In this document: positions 25,651 through 37,781 of the stretch, in pieces | Numbering within the stretch: the stretch's first letter is position 1 | How the letters are laid out: each line of letters opens with the position of its first letter | NCBI GenBank assembly: GCA_010093605.1 | Contig: MU004192.1 | Location: 442,882-506,881, forward strand | DNA from: Lophium mytilinum | Lineage: Eukaryota | Direction: 5' to 3' | Length of the DNA stretch: 64,000 bases | Notes under the pieces: generated by a model | Seen by the model: only the letters and a program-made list of their open reading frames with translations | Told to the model about the DNA's origin: nothing | Databases searched by the model: none | Translations under genes and position numbers: made by a program

Positions 25651-27110
25651 TCAAACCAACTGGATCGTACTCAAGGGTATATGGCGTCTCTTTAAGCTCT
25701 CCAGACTTAACCGGGGGTCGTAGTTGGACATTTCTCCGGTTATGTTGTTCCTGAACATCTCAAAATGAGCTGGATCATTTGGTGATCTCTCATATGCCAC
25801 TCTCTCCGATTCTAACGTTAGGGTTTCAAGCCGGGGGTCTTCTGCAGTTTGTTGGTACGCCGCAAGTTTATATAGCGGTGCAGCGGGCGGCCAAGAGCAT
25901 CCCCTTTTACTATGACTTTCCAACCTGTGGGCATCGGGCCAAGAATTCTTTTAGCATCTTCAAGCCCGTGGACGTATGCTTCGCCGACAACTTCGAATCT
26001 CCAAGAGCTAGCGGCACGTAAAACCACCGGTGAGTAGCAGCCGAGGAGAAGGCATACCTCGTCTCCTAAGTCCGGTTAGTGTCTCAAAGATAATGAACGA
26101 TACAGCATCTGCATACCAGCTTGGACGCCGTCGGGAGCTAGTCCCATATACACATCGACTGTAATGAAAAATACGCGGCCTCTAATTTTCTGAATGCAGT
26201 TTCCGACCTCACGAATCAAATATATCGAATCATCATTTGCATCGGGCGGAAGCGCCGATATGTCGTGAAGCAAGCCCACGAGTTCAGAGACAGACGGAAA
26301 GTGCACGTGCTTTCCCAATCTCTGGAGAGGCAGCTGAGCTTACTTCCTGGACAAGCGTTGGCGCAGACCGGTAATCTCGAGTATGTTTGGCGGCACATAC
26401 TTAAAGTTTGCACTTAACAAGCCAGTCGAGAGCTGTTCACTAAGAATCAAGGCCGCAAAGTCAGTTTTAGACCAATCAGGCACCCACGACGGACCCCCTA
26501 TGCTTCGTCTAGAAAGAACACAATGTTTCAGGAGCTCCAGTCGCCGTGTGATTGCTAAATGGGCGAGAAAAGCATCCTTGTAGACATCCTCAACGGGTGA
26601 AGCGTAATTCGTTCTGAGCCTGGCATTGAACGATGGCGCCGTAAGTCCTAAAAGACCGGGTATTTTGTTCCTAGGATTGGCGCATCCCTTGCTGCGGCTG
26701 AGATCTAACAGCGTACTCATCGAGTGGCCGACTGCGTCTGCCGTAAGGTAGACATCGTGACGGCAACGCTCCCGGAACATTAGAGATGGCAGCTTTTCTT
26801 TATTGTGAAGACATAGGATCGCCCTTCGAAGTACCGGCCAGGTGATCTGACCATGACCGCATCGTAAAAGACTCCTTGAACTGCTGAGTTTAATCTCCTG
26901 CCAGCACCAAAGTCGGTAGAACCATATGCGTTTTATGAAATGAAGCAGTGCTTTCCAGGTTCGGTCATCGTACACAAAGTTACATGCATTTCTCCACATG
27001 TCCGGCGCTTTGGATCCTGGGGAGCTAGAGAGCTGGCCATTTTTGGTGACGATGAGTTGGTCCCCGATATACCGAAAGGTTGCGAGAGCGTGCTTGCTGT
27101 CGTTGTGCGA
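25651..27110 (-). pseudogene. 5'-truncated, frameshifted HET-6-like heterokaryon incompatibility gene remnant
   Basis: Only the end of the HET domain (RIWFYRLWCWQE) remains, followed by GPSWVPDWS, VYMGLAPDGVQAG, LLGCYSPVVLR..FEVVGEAYVHG and DPRL motifs spread over several frames; no ALSY.WG / WID.ICI upstream. Confidence 0.8.
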
Positions 27111-27310
27111 AGTTTCTATACTGGAAAAAGCGCCAGGCGGTGTCCTGGGTACGTGAAATGAGCGAACACTGACTGTCACCGGACTTCTTTCAGTCCTACT
27201 AGTAGATTTAGTGATGGACTCAACAACTAGTAAATTGATGGGGGGACTAACGCAGTGTTGGAGCAATCGGGTCATGTATAATTGAATCGGTCTTAGAGAA
27301 AACCTGGCGT

Positions 27311-29538
27311 TCATCCCAGAATTAAATCGATCATTTCGATATCCTGACGTTCCCACACTTCCTTCATAACTCGACCGAGAGCCTTCCTGTATGCAACACC
27401 GTCTTCCCAGTCAACCAGCAAAACGTTATAGAACTCATATTTGCCCGATCTCTCGGGGAACTTCTTGTGACGCAGATCTTTGTCGTAAGGACACTCCGAC
27501 AGATGCAGCTCCGGGTACCCGGAAGCTACCACGTAGCCGTCGAGGAGACACCCTTGAGATATGGCGACCAAAGCCCGATTTTCCGTTGGCCGGCTGGCAA
27601 GAGTTTCTCTTGGATAATATAGTATTCCCGCCAGTGAGCCATCTAAAGCGCGGAGGATGACAGCTCTTCCCGCTGGCGATCCATCCAACCCGTGAACAAA
27701 ACCAGCTCTGTCATCGTCTGCTACATTCCAGCAGACTCGTAGGGTGGCGCTCTGGGCGTGGCACGATAGTAGTCTACCCATGACTGGATTACTGGATCAT
27801 GGTGAGGGGCAGGTAGTGGTATCGGATACCAGAACTGGGTTTCGGGGATGGAACTGTGTTGGTAATAATGAGTTTGGGGAGAGATCCGCATTGCTTTCTG
27901 GTCGGCAGAATTGATATCGTGCTTCGTCCATCCTGGAGGGAGGTCGTTCGCCCCACCCAGATACTTGGCTCTGTCTCGGCACCACGAGTTTTGATGGGTA
28001 ATCGACACCGGGTTTGACTCCTTGCTTTCCTGGCTAAACCATTCAACCATCGGGACTGTCCTTTCTAGCATGCTTTCTTGCCTCAAACAGTCGCACTTGG
28101 CGCCCCAGAGCATATATCGAATCTCGCCTTTCCAACCAGCCCATGACCAGCTTGGAGGACATCTTGACTCGGCATTCAATTGTGAACCGACCCTTCGCTC
28201 ACATGCACCATTCATTTGCCAGAGGAGAGCAATGTCCAGAAACATAACCGGAAGACCGTGGATGAAGCCGCCCTGGAATTTATGGCTGAGAGCGGTTATT
28301 ATTCCTTCAAAGGCTCGAAGTCCGTCTTCCCCATATGTCAGTTCCCTTCTATTATACGACCACACCAAAAAGGCGAAATCCGGTATGGACGGGTAGGCCC
28401 GAAGGAAATGAAACCTCTCAGACCATCCTCTCCCCTTTCTGACGAGAAAGTCGTCCGATTCCCGATGCTCTTCACAAACAGTAGTACTGCATTCCCATCG
28501 AACGCCGTATTTGTCAAATTTCAGTCTTCTTTTGGAAAAGGCATCTTCTTGGAATGTCCATCCCCGTCTGGCCCATTTCGTCTTTGATCGTCTCCGAATA
28601 TACAATTCTAAGATGTCTCGGTCATCTTTTTGGAATGTAAATGTTTCTAGGTCGTGCTGTCTAGGCCGAGATATGCCTTCTAAGCCGGGCAAACCAAAGT
28701 CTGCGTCTTCACCTTCAGCAGCGATGATAGTGAACGCTGCATTATCGAATATTGACCCCATGTTGCTTATCTGAGTATCGCGCTCACATTCATCGTCTTG
28801 GACAATGCATAGTGAATCAATCCAAACGTACCGCTCTTTCAGGGCTTCTGCAAGCTTAATAGCATCATGTATTGTTCGAGGAAGGCGGGATAGACATTGC
28901 GGTGACTGCAGGGCGTCCTGGCGTTGGAGCTGTTGTACATTACTCCGCAATGTTTTGAAAGTATTAGTCTCACCCCAGACATAGCTTAAAGCTACGTACT
29001 GAAGATCTGGAGATGCGGGCACTAGACATTGTCGCGTTGTGTCCACAAATCTGACAGGACTCGTAGCCGTGAGGTTTTTCGCTGTCAAAGGCTCAGAACA
29101 CTCGGGTGTGTGGTTCTGCCTGCAGGTATTTCTCCAACCTTGGATTTGCTCCATATCAATCCAAAATGGATTGACTGCTTTTTGCCTCACACAAAACCGC
29201 GGTCCTGATGTTGACTTGAGTAGCTCCAAAGCGATTGAATTATGGTTCCCTGGGGTTTTCCGATATACAATCTTTTTGTAGCAATAGCCCTGGTAATGAT
29301 GTATGGTGAACTTTTCTAGGCTGGTAGCTCTTGTTCGTTGAAAGCACTCAATAAATAGATTCCGGTGGGCAGCGCATCCTGTGGAATCTACGAGTTGTGC
29401 CCAAGTACCGAGTTCGTAAGAGGCGTCAGGGCTCTCGACACCCGTGTGTAAGATTTCCACGATCTTGTCGCATATGCTGCATCTTGGGTTCTGCGTGAAG
29501 ATACCCGTTAGTTTCGTACGTAAATTAGAGTCTCGCAT
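27311..29538 (-). pseudogene. HET-domain (TOL-like) protein gene with a single-base frameshift near 27779
   Basis: YVALSYVWG, YVWIDSLCIVQDD, WARRGWTFQE, PSWSWAGW in the 605-aa ORF; the family-type C-terminus (YNVLLVDWEDGVAYRKALGRV...W...LILG) lies in another frame and is restored by adding one G to TCATGGGTAGA. Confidence 0.75.
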
Positions 29539-30203
29539 GGTAACTTAGATGAGTCTCGTCACCCTCTCAACGACCAAGTATCGGTGGCTACAGGTTCATG
29601 AACGACCTCAGAGTCGTCAATAAACCTATCGAGATCGGAAACCACTCACTATATTGTCCGAGGTACTGACAATTTCTTTAGCAGCTTGATCCACGGCGGA
29701 ATCCGACCGCTTCTGTGTCGATGCCATCGCGCTGCTGGGCCTAAAAAACCGACCGCAGACGTGTTACGAAGCAAGGAAGGGACATAGTTCACCTTGAGCA
29801 TGTAAAGAAAGGAATCAGAGATGGAAAATGACTCATGAGGGACGACGGTGTTGCGGGAGAAGCTGAGAAGGCTGAGACATCTAAGAGTTGCTTTTGCTGC
29901 CTGCATGCGCTGAGGCTTCCATTTAATCTCATAAGACCTGCTTCTACCTAGTCGACGCGATACGAAAGACGAGGAACCAGGAACCGTTCATGTTTTTTAT
30001 GGATGTCTGTTTGATAGATGGAGATGTGAGTTGTGGGTGAGCTACCTGGGTAAGGTGAGCAAGGCCCTGAGCCACGTCGAGACATGGTCACGTGAACGAT
30101 AGGTGCATGGTACCAATGTAGGACGTAGCAATACGATAGGTTAAGGCGCTACGCGTTATAGAAAGACCTTGATACTTGAATACATTCGTTCCGTCCTCAT
30201 GTT

Positions 30204-32445
30204 TCACACCAGTCTCACTGGTTCAATTTCAATATCTCCCCGTTTCATCACCTCGCCATGCATGATCCCATGAACATAGCACTCACCAACGAGCTCAAAA
30301 TCTTGTCGATCTTCCACTGGCCTGACCACAAAGGGTACATGGCCAAGCTCAAATACGCATATCTTATCCCCGACCACTGTGCCTCGCGGGACCAGCCCAA
30401 AATAACCCCGGCTCGTCACAGCAAACCTACGATTTCTCAATGCTTTATTGAAGCTTTTCCGCAAGTCTTCAAGTGTTCTGTGTGGACTTCGGGAATGAAG
30501 GCTCTCAAGCGTGAAGTGCCCTTTTTGGCGGCGCACACTGTACGTTTGTCCAGGAAGAGATGGCATAGTTCCGGTACTTTCGTCGAGGATTAGACTGAAG
30601 ACGTCGCTGTACTCTGGCGGCGGTTTATTGTGGCCCGAGCCATCTGCCCCGGCTACGAGAGTCTGCCAAAAGGCGTCGAATACGGTGGCCTCGGTAGGGT
30701 ATGATTGAGAGGCTTTTGCTATATTCATGTATGTCGTCCATTGGCTATTTCCTTGCGCCGGGTTCTCGATGTCAAGGACAGGCTGTGTCGCAACGCATCC
30801 AAGCGTAACTATGCACTATGCTATCGTAAATCTTTCCGGAAAAAGTGACTTCTTTTTTGTCGTCGCTCAATTGATAAGTAATAGCCTTCGATTTTCCAGT
30901 CTCGGCGTATGTTCCGCCACCAGCAGAGTAAACAGACCATGAGCTGGTTGAATATCCAAAAGAATCCGTTACTCGCGGAACACTCCAGTCGGGAATTCAT
31001 GAAGGTACTAGAGGTACCTCATGGTCGACGGAAGTCAACAGTCTAAGGATGCTACTTTGCGGGAATGTCCTCAGCGACGCCTCGAGGTAGACTTCTCTGA
31101 TAGTGACATCACTAGAGTAACTGAGCGTAATACTAGAGTAGTCCTCCTCCGAGAAGACGATACCTAATATGCCGTATATCTTGTCCTTCGGTTCCGAAGC
31201 CTGCGCGTAACGAGACATGACCAGAGTACTGAGTAGAGGTGGTCGTTCTTGGAACGATTGAAAGTTAGACCTCTGGAGCCAAAGTTCAAAAGCTATCTTA
31301 CCGCCTAACGGAGGAAGAAGTGGTAGGCTGTCAGCAGTAGTCGTGTCGTTCTCAGTATCTGCCTCTAGCCAACGCTGGATCCCGGACATATCCAGGTCAA
31401 TGCACCATGCTGCAAAGTCCTCCCAGGATGCTTCCACCTTGCCGCATTTTACGTAGACTTCAGTCGAGAGTAAGAGCTCTTGGATTACCCACAATCTTCT
31501 AAACCAAGATCGTCTGAAAAGCTGCTTGACCTCTCGCCAAGCTTGGGCGTCAGGATGAGGTAGATACAATCTTTCAAAGTCTTTCGGTGCAAATTGATTA
31601 TCGTTGAACTGAAGGCTCGAGTGCACCGTCATCAGCGTCTCAAAGGCTAAAGATGGCGAATCTTCCCCGTCGTCACCCAGCCAAATCACCGTGTTGGATG
31701 CATGGCTGTATATCAAGCGCATCAAGGGAATTTGGTGCTCTTTTTCAGTGGTGTCGGCTTGATTTATACATATTTGATCGATCCAAAGCCAAATACTGCG
31801 TTGTTCTGTCCTGAGATGCCGCACGGCACTTTCTAAGCTTCTTGAAATATTGACCACAGAGCCGCTGGGGAAGAACATTGGAACATCGAATTTGGGCGCT
31901 CCCCAGACGTATGATAGCGCTGTGTACCAAATCGGCTTCTCATGTTGGAGAGAAATGGCGTGATTCGTGAGTCTTCTGTAGTTCTCCAATTCGACATATT
32001 CAAAATCAATCGAAGCAACATGCAGGGTTCCACGGAGATCACTCTCAAATGCACCAGGATAGAGCTCTAGGATGCGGATTTCGTTTTGGTCTAGGCGCGA
32101 ATAGACGCCATTGCTGTGTCGTTCATGTTCTCGCCCGACTGATCCTGCTTTCTTGGAAGTAATATATTGACGAATAGCAGCTTTTTCTGGCTCGTTCAAA
32201 TGACCCAAGATTCCTGGAATGCCATCACTAGTGGCTGATTGGAACAGTTGCCTTGTGGGGCCTAGGTCTTCTGTATTCACCGAGATGTAGCAATTGCATT
32301 GATCTTTACCTAGTGGCCTGATTAGCGATGTTTCCGGGGATTCCTTTACAAGACGGTGGAACAGAAGAGAGTCACCTTGGCTGTCGACGAGTGCACAGCC
32401 TCGTCCGTGTTCCAGAATGCGGTCGACCCCTCGCCCGCCGTTCAT
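30204..32445 (-). pseudogene. HET-6-like gene disrupted by an in-frame TGA (30997-30999) and a 7-bp duplication (30808-30821)
   Basis: IRILELYPG, YTALSYVWG, LWIDQICINQAD, WFRRLWVIQE, DKIYGILG, PS*IPDW (conserved Trp replaced by stop), then GYFGLVP..VGDKICV..FELVGECYVHGIMHGE in the downstream ORF. Confidence 0.85.
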
Positions 32446-33444
32446 ACTTTAAAACCTCTCAGGTGCTCCAGTGACAGTGCTCGTACTTCAATGTTCTTGC
32501 ATTAAGTAGGCTTTGATTTTCATCATACCAATTTTGCTGCGTTTGTTTGCAGAAGCTAGTATCTGCGGAAAGGTCGATGAAGATCGAGCTGAAGAAACGA
32601 TGTTCTAGAGGCGCTGCCACGTCATCCGCCCTGCGCTACCTACTGTACTTTCTTTGGAGAGTTACATCCAACAAGGCAGCAAGCGACAGGCAGTCGTGTT
32701 GTCCAGCCACCAACTCTTTGCACCACTTCCGTAAGGTACAAACAAAATAGCGAAAGACACAGTAAGCAACGCGAAGTTCTTAGTGAAAGGTAGCTAGCTG
32801 TTTTGAAAAGGTTGTTCATGATGCGTGTCCAACTTTTCCCAACTAATTTGATCTTTAGTTGATAGACCGAGTGACGTTTACCTTGGTACCTGAATCAAAA
32901 ACTTGGCTTCGCTGTGGCGCATTACCTATCTATATAGGTATAGTAGCGAATTCCTCTCTGTAGCTAAAGGAACAACCGGCTATTTGCGGGGTCGCCATCT
33001 AAATTGCGATTAGATTTATAGATAGGTTTGAGGTGAGGGGAAACATCCAAAGCGACATAGCGAAGGATTAGCCTCAAGATCCGTGTTTCGTCGCCAACAA
33101 CATATCGATGGAAGGAGCTGCATAAGCATAGATCAATGGCTGTCTCCCGAATCTCTCTTTCGTTCATTGGCTACTTGCTAGCGGTTCTGACGATCTCTAA
33201 ACCTTAACAGCGGAGTTCCACCAACATAGGCTAACTAACGCACGTAGCTCGGAAAGCAGCTGACTTCGCGTCTTTAACCTGTCAGCCTACGTATGTTGAC
33301 TATAGAAAGCAATCACAGTGGAGATCCACCATAAATACCCTTGTGATATCAGCAGTCCTTCTTCTAGTCATCAATCGTCGCTTCCCTCCTACATTGAACA
33401 TTAGCAAAGAACCACAAATTTCTGAGAAGTCAAACTGCACAGCA

Positions 33445-34374
33445 ATGGCCAACCCCCCCGAATCCAGCATCTCCTCGGAGTTTCCCTTCATGCTCCAAAA
33501 CATCGACGTTCTCGATTCAAAGATGGCGTACATCGACACCAAAAACACCAAAATTACCACTGCAACCGCTATTTTCCTCCACGGAAACCCAACATCTTCA
33601 TACATCTGGCGCAATATTATTCCACACGTGAGCCCGAAACTCCGGTGCATCGCCCCCGACTTAATCGGCATGGGTAAATCTGGCAAACCCGACATCGCAT
33701 ACCGTTTTGTGGATCATGCTCGCTATCTTGATGCCTTCCTCGACGCTATCGTTCCCACAGGCAAGGTAGTGTTTATTATCCAAGACTGGGGTTCTGCCTT
33801 GGGTTTTCATTGGGCGAGTCGTCATCAAGATCGTGTGATTGGTGTCGCCTTTATGGAGTTCATACGGCCTTTTGCAACGTGGGATGATGCAGGGGAGAAG
33901 CAAGGTCAGGAGACTTTCAAGGCATTCCGTACTCCGGACGTGGGTCGCAAACTGCTTATTGAGGATAATCTCTTCATCAAGGCTATACTGCCTGGAGGCG
34001 TGGTGCGGGGATTGTCTCCCGAAGAGCAGGCGTATTACCAAGCGCCATACCTAGACGAGAAGTCCCGCGAACCGGTCTATCGATGGCCGAACGAGTTGCC
34101 AATTGAGGGATTTCCAGCGGATGTATACGAGATTGCGGAGAAGTATCATGATTGGTTGTTGAAGAGTGATGTTCCAAAGCTGCTGTTTTGGGCTACGCCG
34201 GGAGTCTTCGTGAGAGACGAGCAAGCGAAGTGGTATTCAGAAAACCTGAAGAATCTCAAGACTGTGTTCTTGGGGAAAGGATTGCATTATCTGCAGGAGG
34301 ATCATCCGCATCGAATTGGGAGCGAGGTTGCGGAGTTTATCGATACTTTGGACTCGAGTTTCAGGTCTAGTTAG
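33445..34374 (+). CDS. Haloalkane dehalogenase (alpha/beta hydrolase, DhaA/HLD-II-like), intronless
   Basis: FLHGNPTSSYIWRNIIPHV, RCIAPDLIGMGKSGKP, YRFVDHARYLDAF, QDWGSALGF, FMEF, RWPNELPI, GLHYLQED; Asp-His-Glu triad and Asn/Trp halide-binding residues present. Confidence 0.92.
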   Translation: MANPPESSISSEFPFMLQNIDVLDSKMAYIDTKNTKITTATAIFLHGNPTSSYIWRNIIPHVSPKLRCIAPDLIGMGKSGKPDIAYRFVDHARYLDAFLDAIVPTGKVVFIIQDWGSALGFHWASRHQDRVIGVAFMEFIRPFATWDDAGEKQGQETFKAFRTPDVGRKLLIEDNLFIKAILPGGVVRGLSPEEQAYYQAPYLDEKSREPVYRWPNELPIEGFPADVYEIAEKYHDWLLKSDVPKLLFWATPGVFVRDEQAKWYSENLKNLKTVFLGKGLHYLQEDHPHRIGSEVAEFIDTLDSSFRSS

Positions 34375-35620
34375 TGTTTTCTAATGTTATTTCCGCTTTC
34401 CAGCGAATTCTTGAATTAAGATCCACAAAGTGAAGGTGATATGAGTAGTATCACTTCCGACCATGAAAGGGAACGATTACTGCCACATCTGATTATTCTT
34501 GTCACTCTGAGCGGATATTTTTGGATAAACGTTCCGACGATGATTGCAATGCTCGCAAATTACGGTGTCGTATGTCCCTATGATGTGCCGGTATACGGGA
34601 CTTCAGCTGTCAGCTGCGAAATGGTGGTGACGACCGTGGTGGTGTCTGGCTTTCTGCACACCAAGAAGAATCAGACATTGGTGACTTCTTCTCCTTTAAA
34701 GCCTTCGGTGAAACAAGTTATCATAGCGGATGAAATAAGTAACTTGAGAGTGTCGACTTCTCTTCCCGCAACTGATCAGAACGTATTGGAGTCGAGCATG
34801 AAAGAAGTGGCACGATCTATCGCTAGCCTCGAAAAGGGATATGTATAAGACTCATGATGCGAAGATAGTGGACGCAGTCTCCGAGTGTCTGTCCGAGCGG
34901 CTGATGAGTGATTGTAGATGGATAGGGTTCAATTTAGGGGATGTCTGGATGCACTGTTCGGTTCTAAAGACGAATGCAGGCTAGCTTTGTGTTCAGTAGG
35001 GACATCAGAAGCAATCACACAGGTTTACGTACAAGAGGCGGTATGTTAGCTGAGTTGTTTTCATGCCCAGCGTAGGCGCCATGAAAACCAACGCAAACTT
35101 GCACCCACTGAGAGTTCATAACGAGAATTGAATTGGAATAGTAGAATCTACTCGACAGCTCCATGCAACTCCATAATGCTTGCCACCTGTCCCAGTGCTA
35201 CCCAATAGCCCCCCCAACTCGAAAGATCAGCCTGTAATCTTCTAAAAACGCCGGATCCAAATGCGCCTAGCCCAGCCAGTTCTCCGGAGCATACTTTCGC
35301 AAAAGCTCTCGGCTTTGAAAGACTCCTTGATAATCTGCAAGTCTGAAAGAGGGTCGCGATTCCGGTACTGGTGGTTCTTCGACTGGCTTTGACGGTACTT
35401 CTACTAGCTCTGATGGTTCTGCGACTGGCTTTGTCGGTTCTTCCACCGGTACTTGTGGCTCCTCGACCGGCTGTGGTGGTTCCTCGGCCTCAGTCGATTG
35501 CCACCACTCATCACCAAATATTTGAACATAATCCTGTCTCTGGAACCTAAACCCGCGACTAAGTTAATACATGACAACAAAAGAGACGAAGGGAGCGCGG
35601 AAGAGGTATCGAAAGAGGTG

Positions 35621-37305
35621 CTAGTGCGATGGCTTCTGTCTGGCCAACCATAGTCCCACACTTTCCCGCGCCAACTCCGAGCCCCAGACGCCCTCTTTGC
35701 CACCACGATTCCACTCCTCGCCAACTCCGTCTTCACCGCCGCCACGAGTGGCTTCGCCCAGGATGACTTCAAGGTCGCGCTGCTGGCTGCTGATCCAGCG
35801 CTTGACGAAGTTGACGGGGTCCTTCGACATCGAAGTGTGGAAGGCGTGTTTTGCTTTTGAGTGCGAGATAGCTTGCACAATGAGCGCGAGGCTGTCATCC
35901 AGGCTGGCGATGGTTTCGAGGATTTCTTTGTGCTTCTGGCCGCGGAACATGGTCGTTATCATGGGCCGCAATGGGTCCTCCAGAGCGACTTGTACGTCGA
36001 ATACGGTGGGTCTGGAGGGCTGCAGTCCAGAATCCGAGGAGGGCGAGATGTAGTCCTTGTCAACGCGGATAGTGTATGGGATTTGTAGAGGTGGCAGAGT
36101 AAGCAAGTGTGGTGCAATGGCGTTTGGTAGATACGGGAAATACAGAGTTTCGTTGTTGAAGATCTAGAGTGGGTTAGTTCCGCTATCTAGACGAACGCGA
36201 CAAGACGTACTTCTCTGAGACGATCATCACAGATGATTTTGCGATTGTCGTCGTCTTCTTGTAATCCCTGGCTCTTGACGTACTCCCAGATGCCCATTAT
36301 CACACCGGCACGATCTTCCTCATCTGTGTCAAGTAGCTCGGCTAAGGGCTTGCTTAGGCGATATCGCTCGGGATTCTCGTAACGCTGTAGGTTGACTGTA
36401 ATGTTGATGTTCTCATCGCCCTTGCGCTCAAACTCTATCTGGCTGAAATTGGCCTCCGGAGACATGTTGGGCGGGTTGGCGGGGTTGTTGGTTGCGGTTT
36501 CGGGTCGCTTCCATTCAATTTGCGTGAAACCATCCGGTTGGAGGCTTTTTGGCCGGTCAAAGTCAACCACGATGGACTTGAAGAAGTGCGAAAACATCTT
36601 CGGCCGCGTCGCGGGCGTGGTCTTCTTGGAGGCCTTGTCGCCGTCCTCCTCCATAGCATTCGAGTCGTTCGTGGCAGTCTCATCGTCCCCCTCGGGCTCC
36701 AGTCCGAGGTCCGCATCCTCGTCCAGCAGCCGTCCTTGTATCTTGACTCTGTAGGTGGCTGTCGTCTCGCTCTCGAAATCAAAGGCATCCGGGTCCATGC
36801 TGGTGCTCTGCCACGGCTGGTTCTCCGCCGTATTCGAGATCCAAATGCGCATTGTGCCATAGCGCGGCGTCTGAGTGCGGGTGACCGAGTCCTGGATGTC
36901 GAGCTTCTTGCGCATCATTGTCGCATCCATTGTCCGCTCGATCTCGCGCAGCTCCCGGTATCGCTGGACGGCATCGCCGATACAGATATTCTCCACGCCA
37001 TCGGGGATGTTCTTGTCAGTGGGCTTCTTGCTCTGGCGCTTCATGAGCTCGCGACGGTTGGCCTCTTGGGCCTGCTGGAGCTGCATCTGCTGCTGCGTGG
37101 GCGCGGCCTGCTGGTTGACGACCATGGGGCCTGGTTTGCGGAACGTTTGCTCCAGGTCAGCGCGACTGATCATGGTTGCGGGCGTCGTGGTGAATCAACA
37201 GAAGAAGATGGAATGGGACGTACCTGGCCCACGGCGAGCTGCCGTCGCATGTGGAGAGCGCTGGGCGGCCTGCGGGTCTAGGTAATTCCGGTACTGAGCC
37301 TGCAT
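35621..37305 (-). CDS. SNF12: SWI/SNF and RSC complex subunit Ssr3/Snf12/BAF60 (SWIB domain), multi-exon
   Basis: KPTDKNIPDGVE, MRIWISNTAENQPWQ, FERKGDENINITVNL, IWEYVKSQGLQEDDD..IICDDRL, DPVNFVKRWISSQQRDLE. Confidence 0.92.
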
Positions 37306-37781
37306 GGCGTGTCGCTTGCTGTCGGATTCTCGGCGACGATGGAGGATGCGCGACGCAGAAAGGCACGCCTGGGGTCGTGTTGATGGCGATGGAGATGGAG
37401 ATGTTCTAGCTACGCGTTTATCAGTTGGAAGGTAGGAGGACAAAGCGCGTGGCCCCTATCCTATTCGCCTAGAAACGCGGGGCTGTCTGCGCGGTTTGAC
37501 GCCCACTTTCACCCCATCGTCTCTCGGGGGGACCGAATGATCTCGTGAGGTCCCCAAGAGCTGTATAAGACGGCGGCGGGCCCGGGGGGAGGGCGAGGGC
37601 ATCTCTAGAGCACGCCTCAGGTTCCATACACTCATCCACATTCATCCTCTAGTAACTCCGAAGAGTACATCACCATAAGTCATAGCTTGATCCATCACTC
37701 TCAATACTTTCGCATCGTCTACTTCTTAGATTGCCCGACAAGTTACTGCTTCTCTTATACACTGCCTTTCTCATCGTTTCC

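Noticed and set aside
30997..30999. Premature stop at a conserved Trp as a possible A-to-I RNA-editing-corrected pseudogene
   Set aside because: The codon is TGA rather than the UAG context favoured by fungal sexual-stage editing, and a downstream 7-bp frameshift would still break the gene.
34441..34848. 135-aa ORF downstream of the dehalogenase
   Set aside because: No motif, splice or codon-pattern support; left uncalled.
23500..34900. HET/dehalogenase island as cargo of a Starship or other large mobile element
   Set aside because: No tyrosine-recombinase captain, transposase or flanking repeats were found in the window; the island interpretation is kept, but mobility is unsupported.
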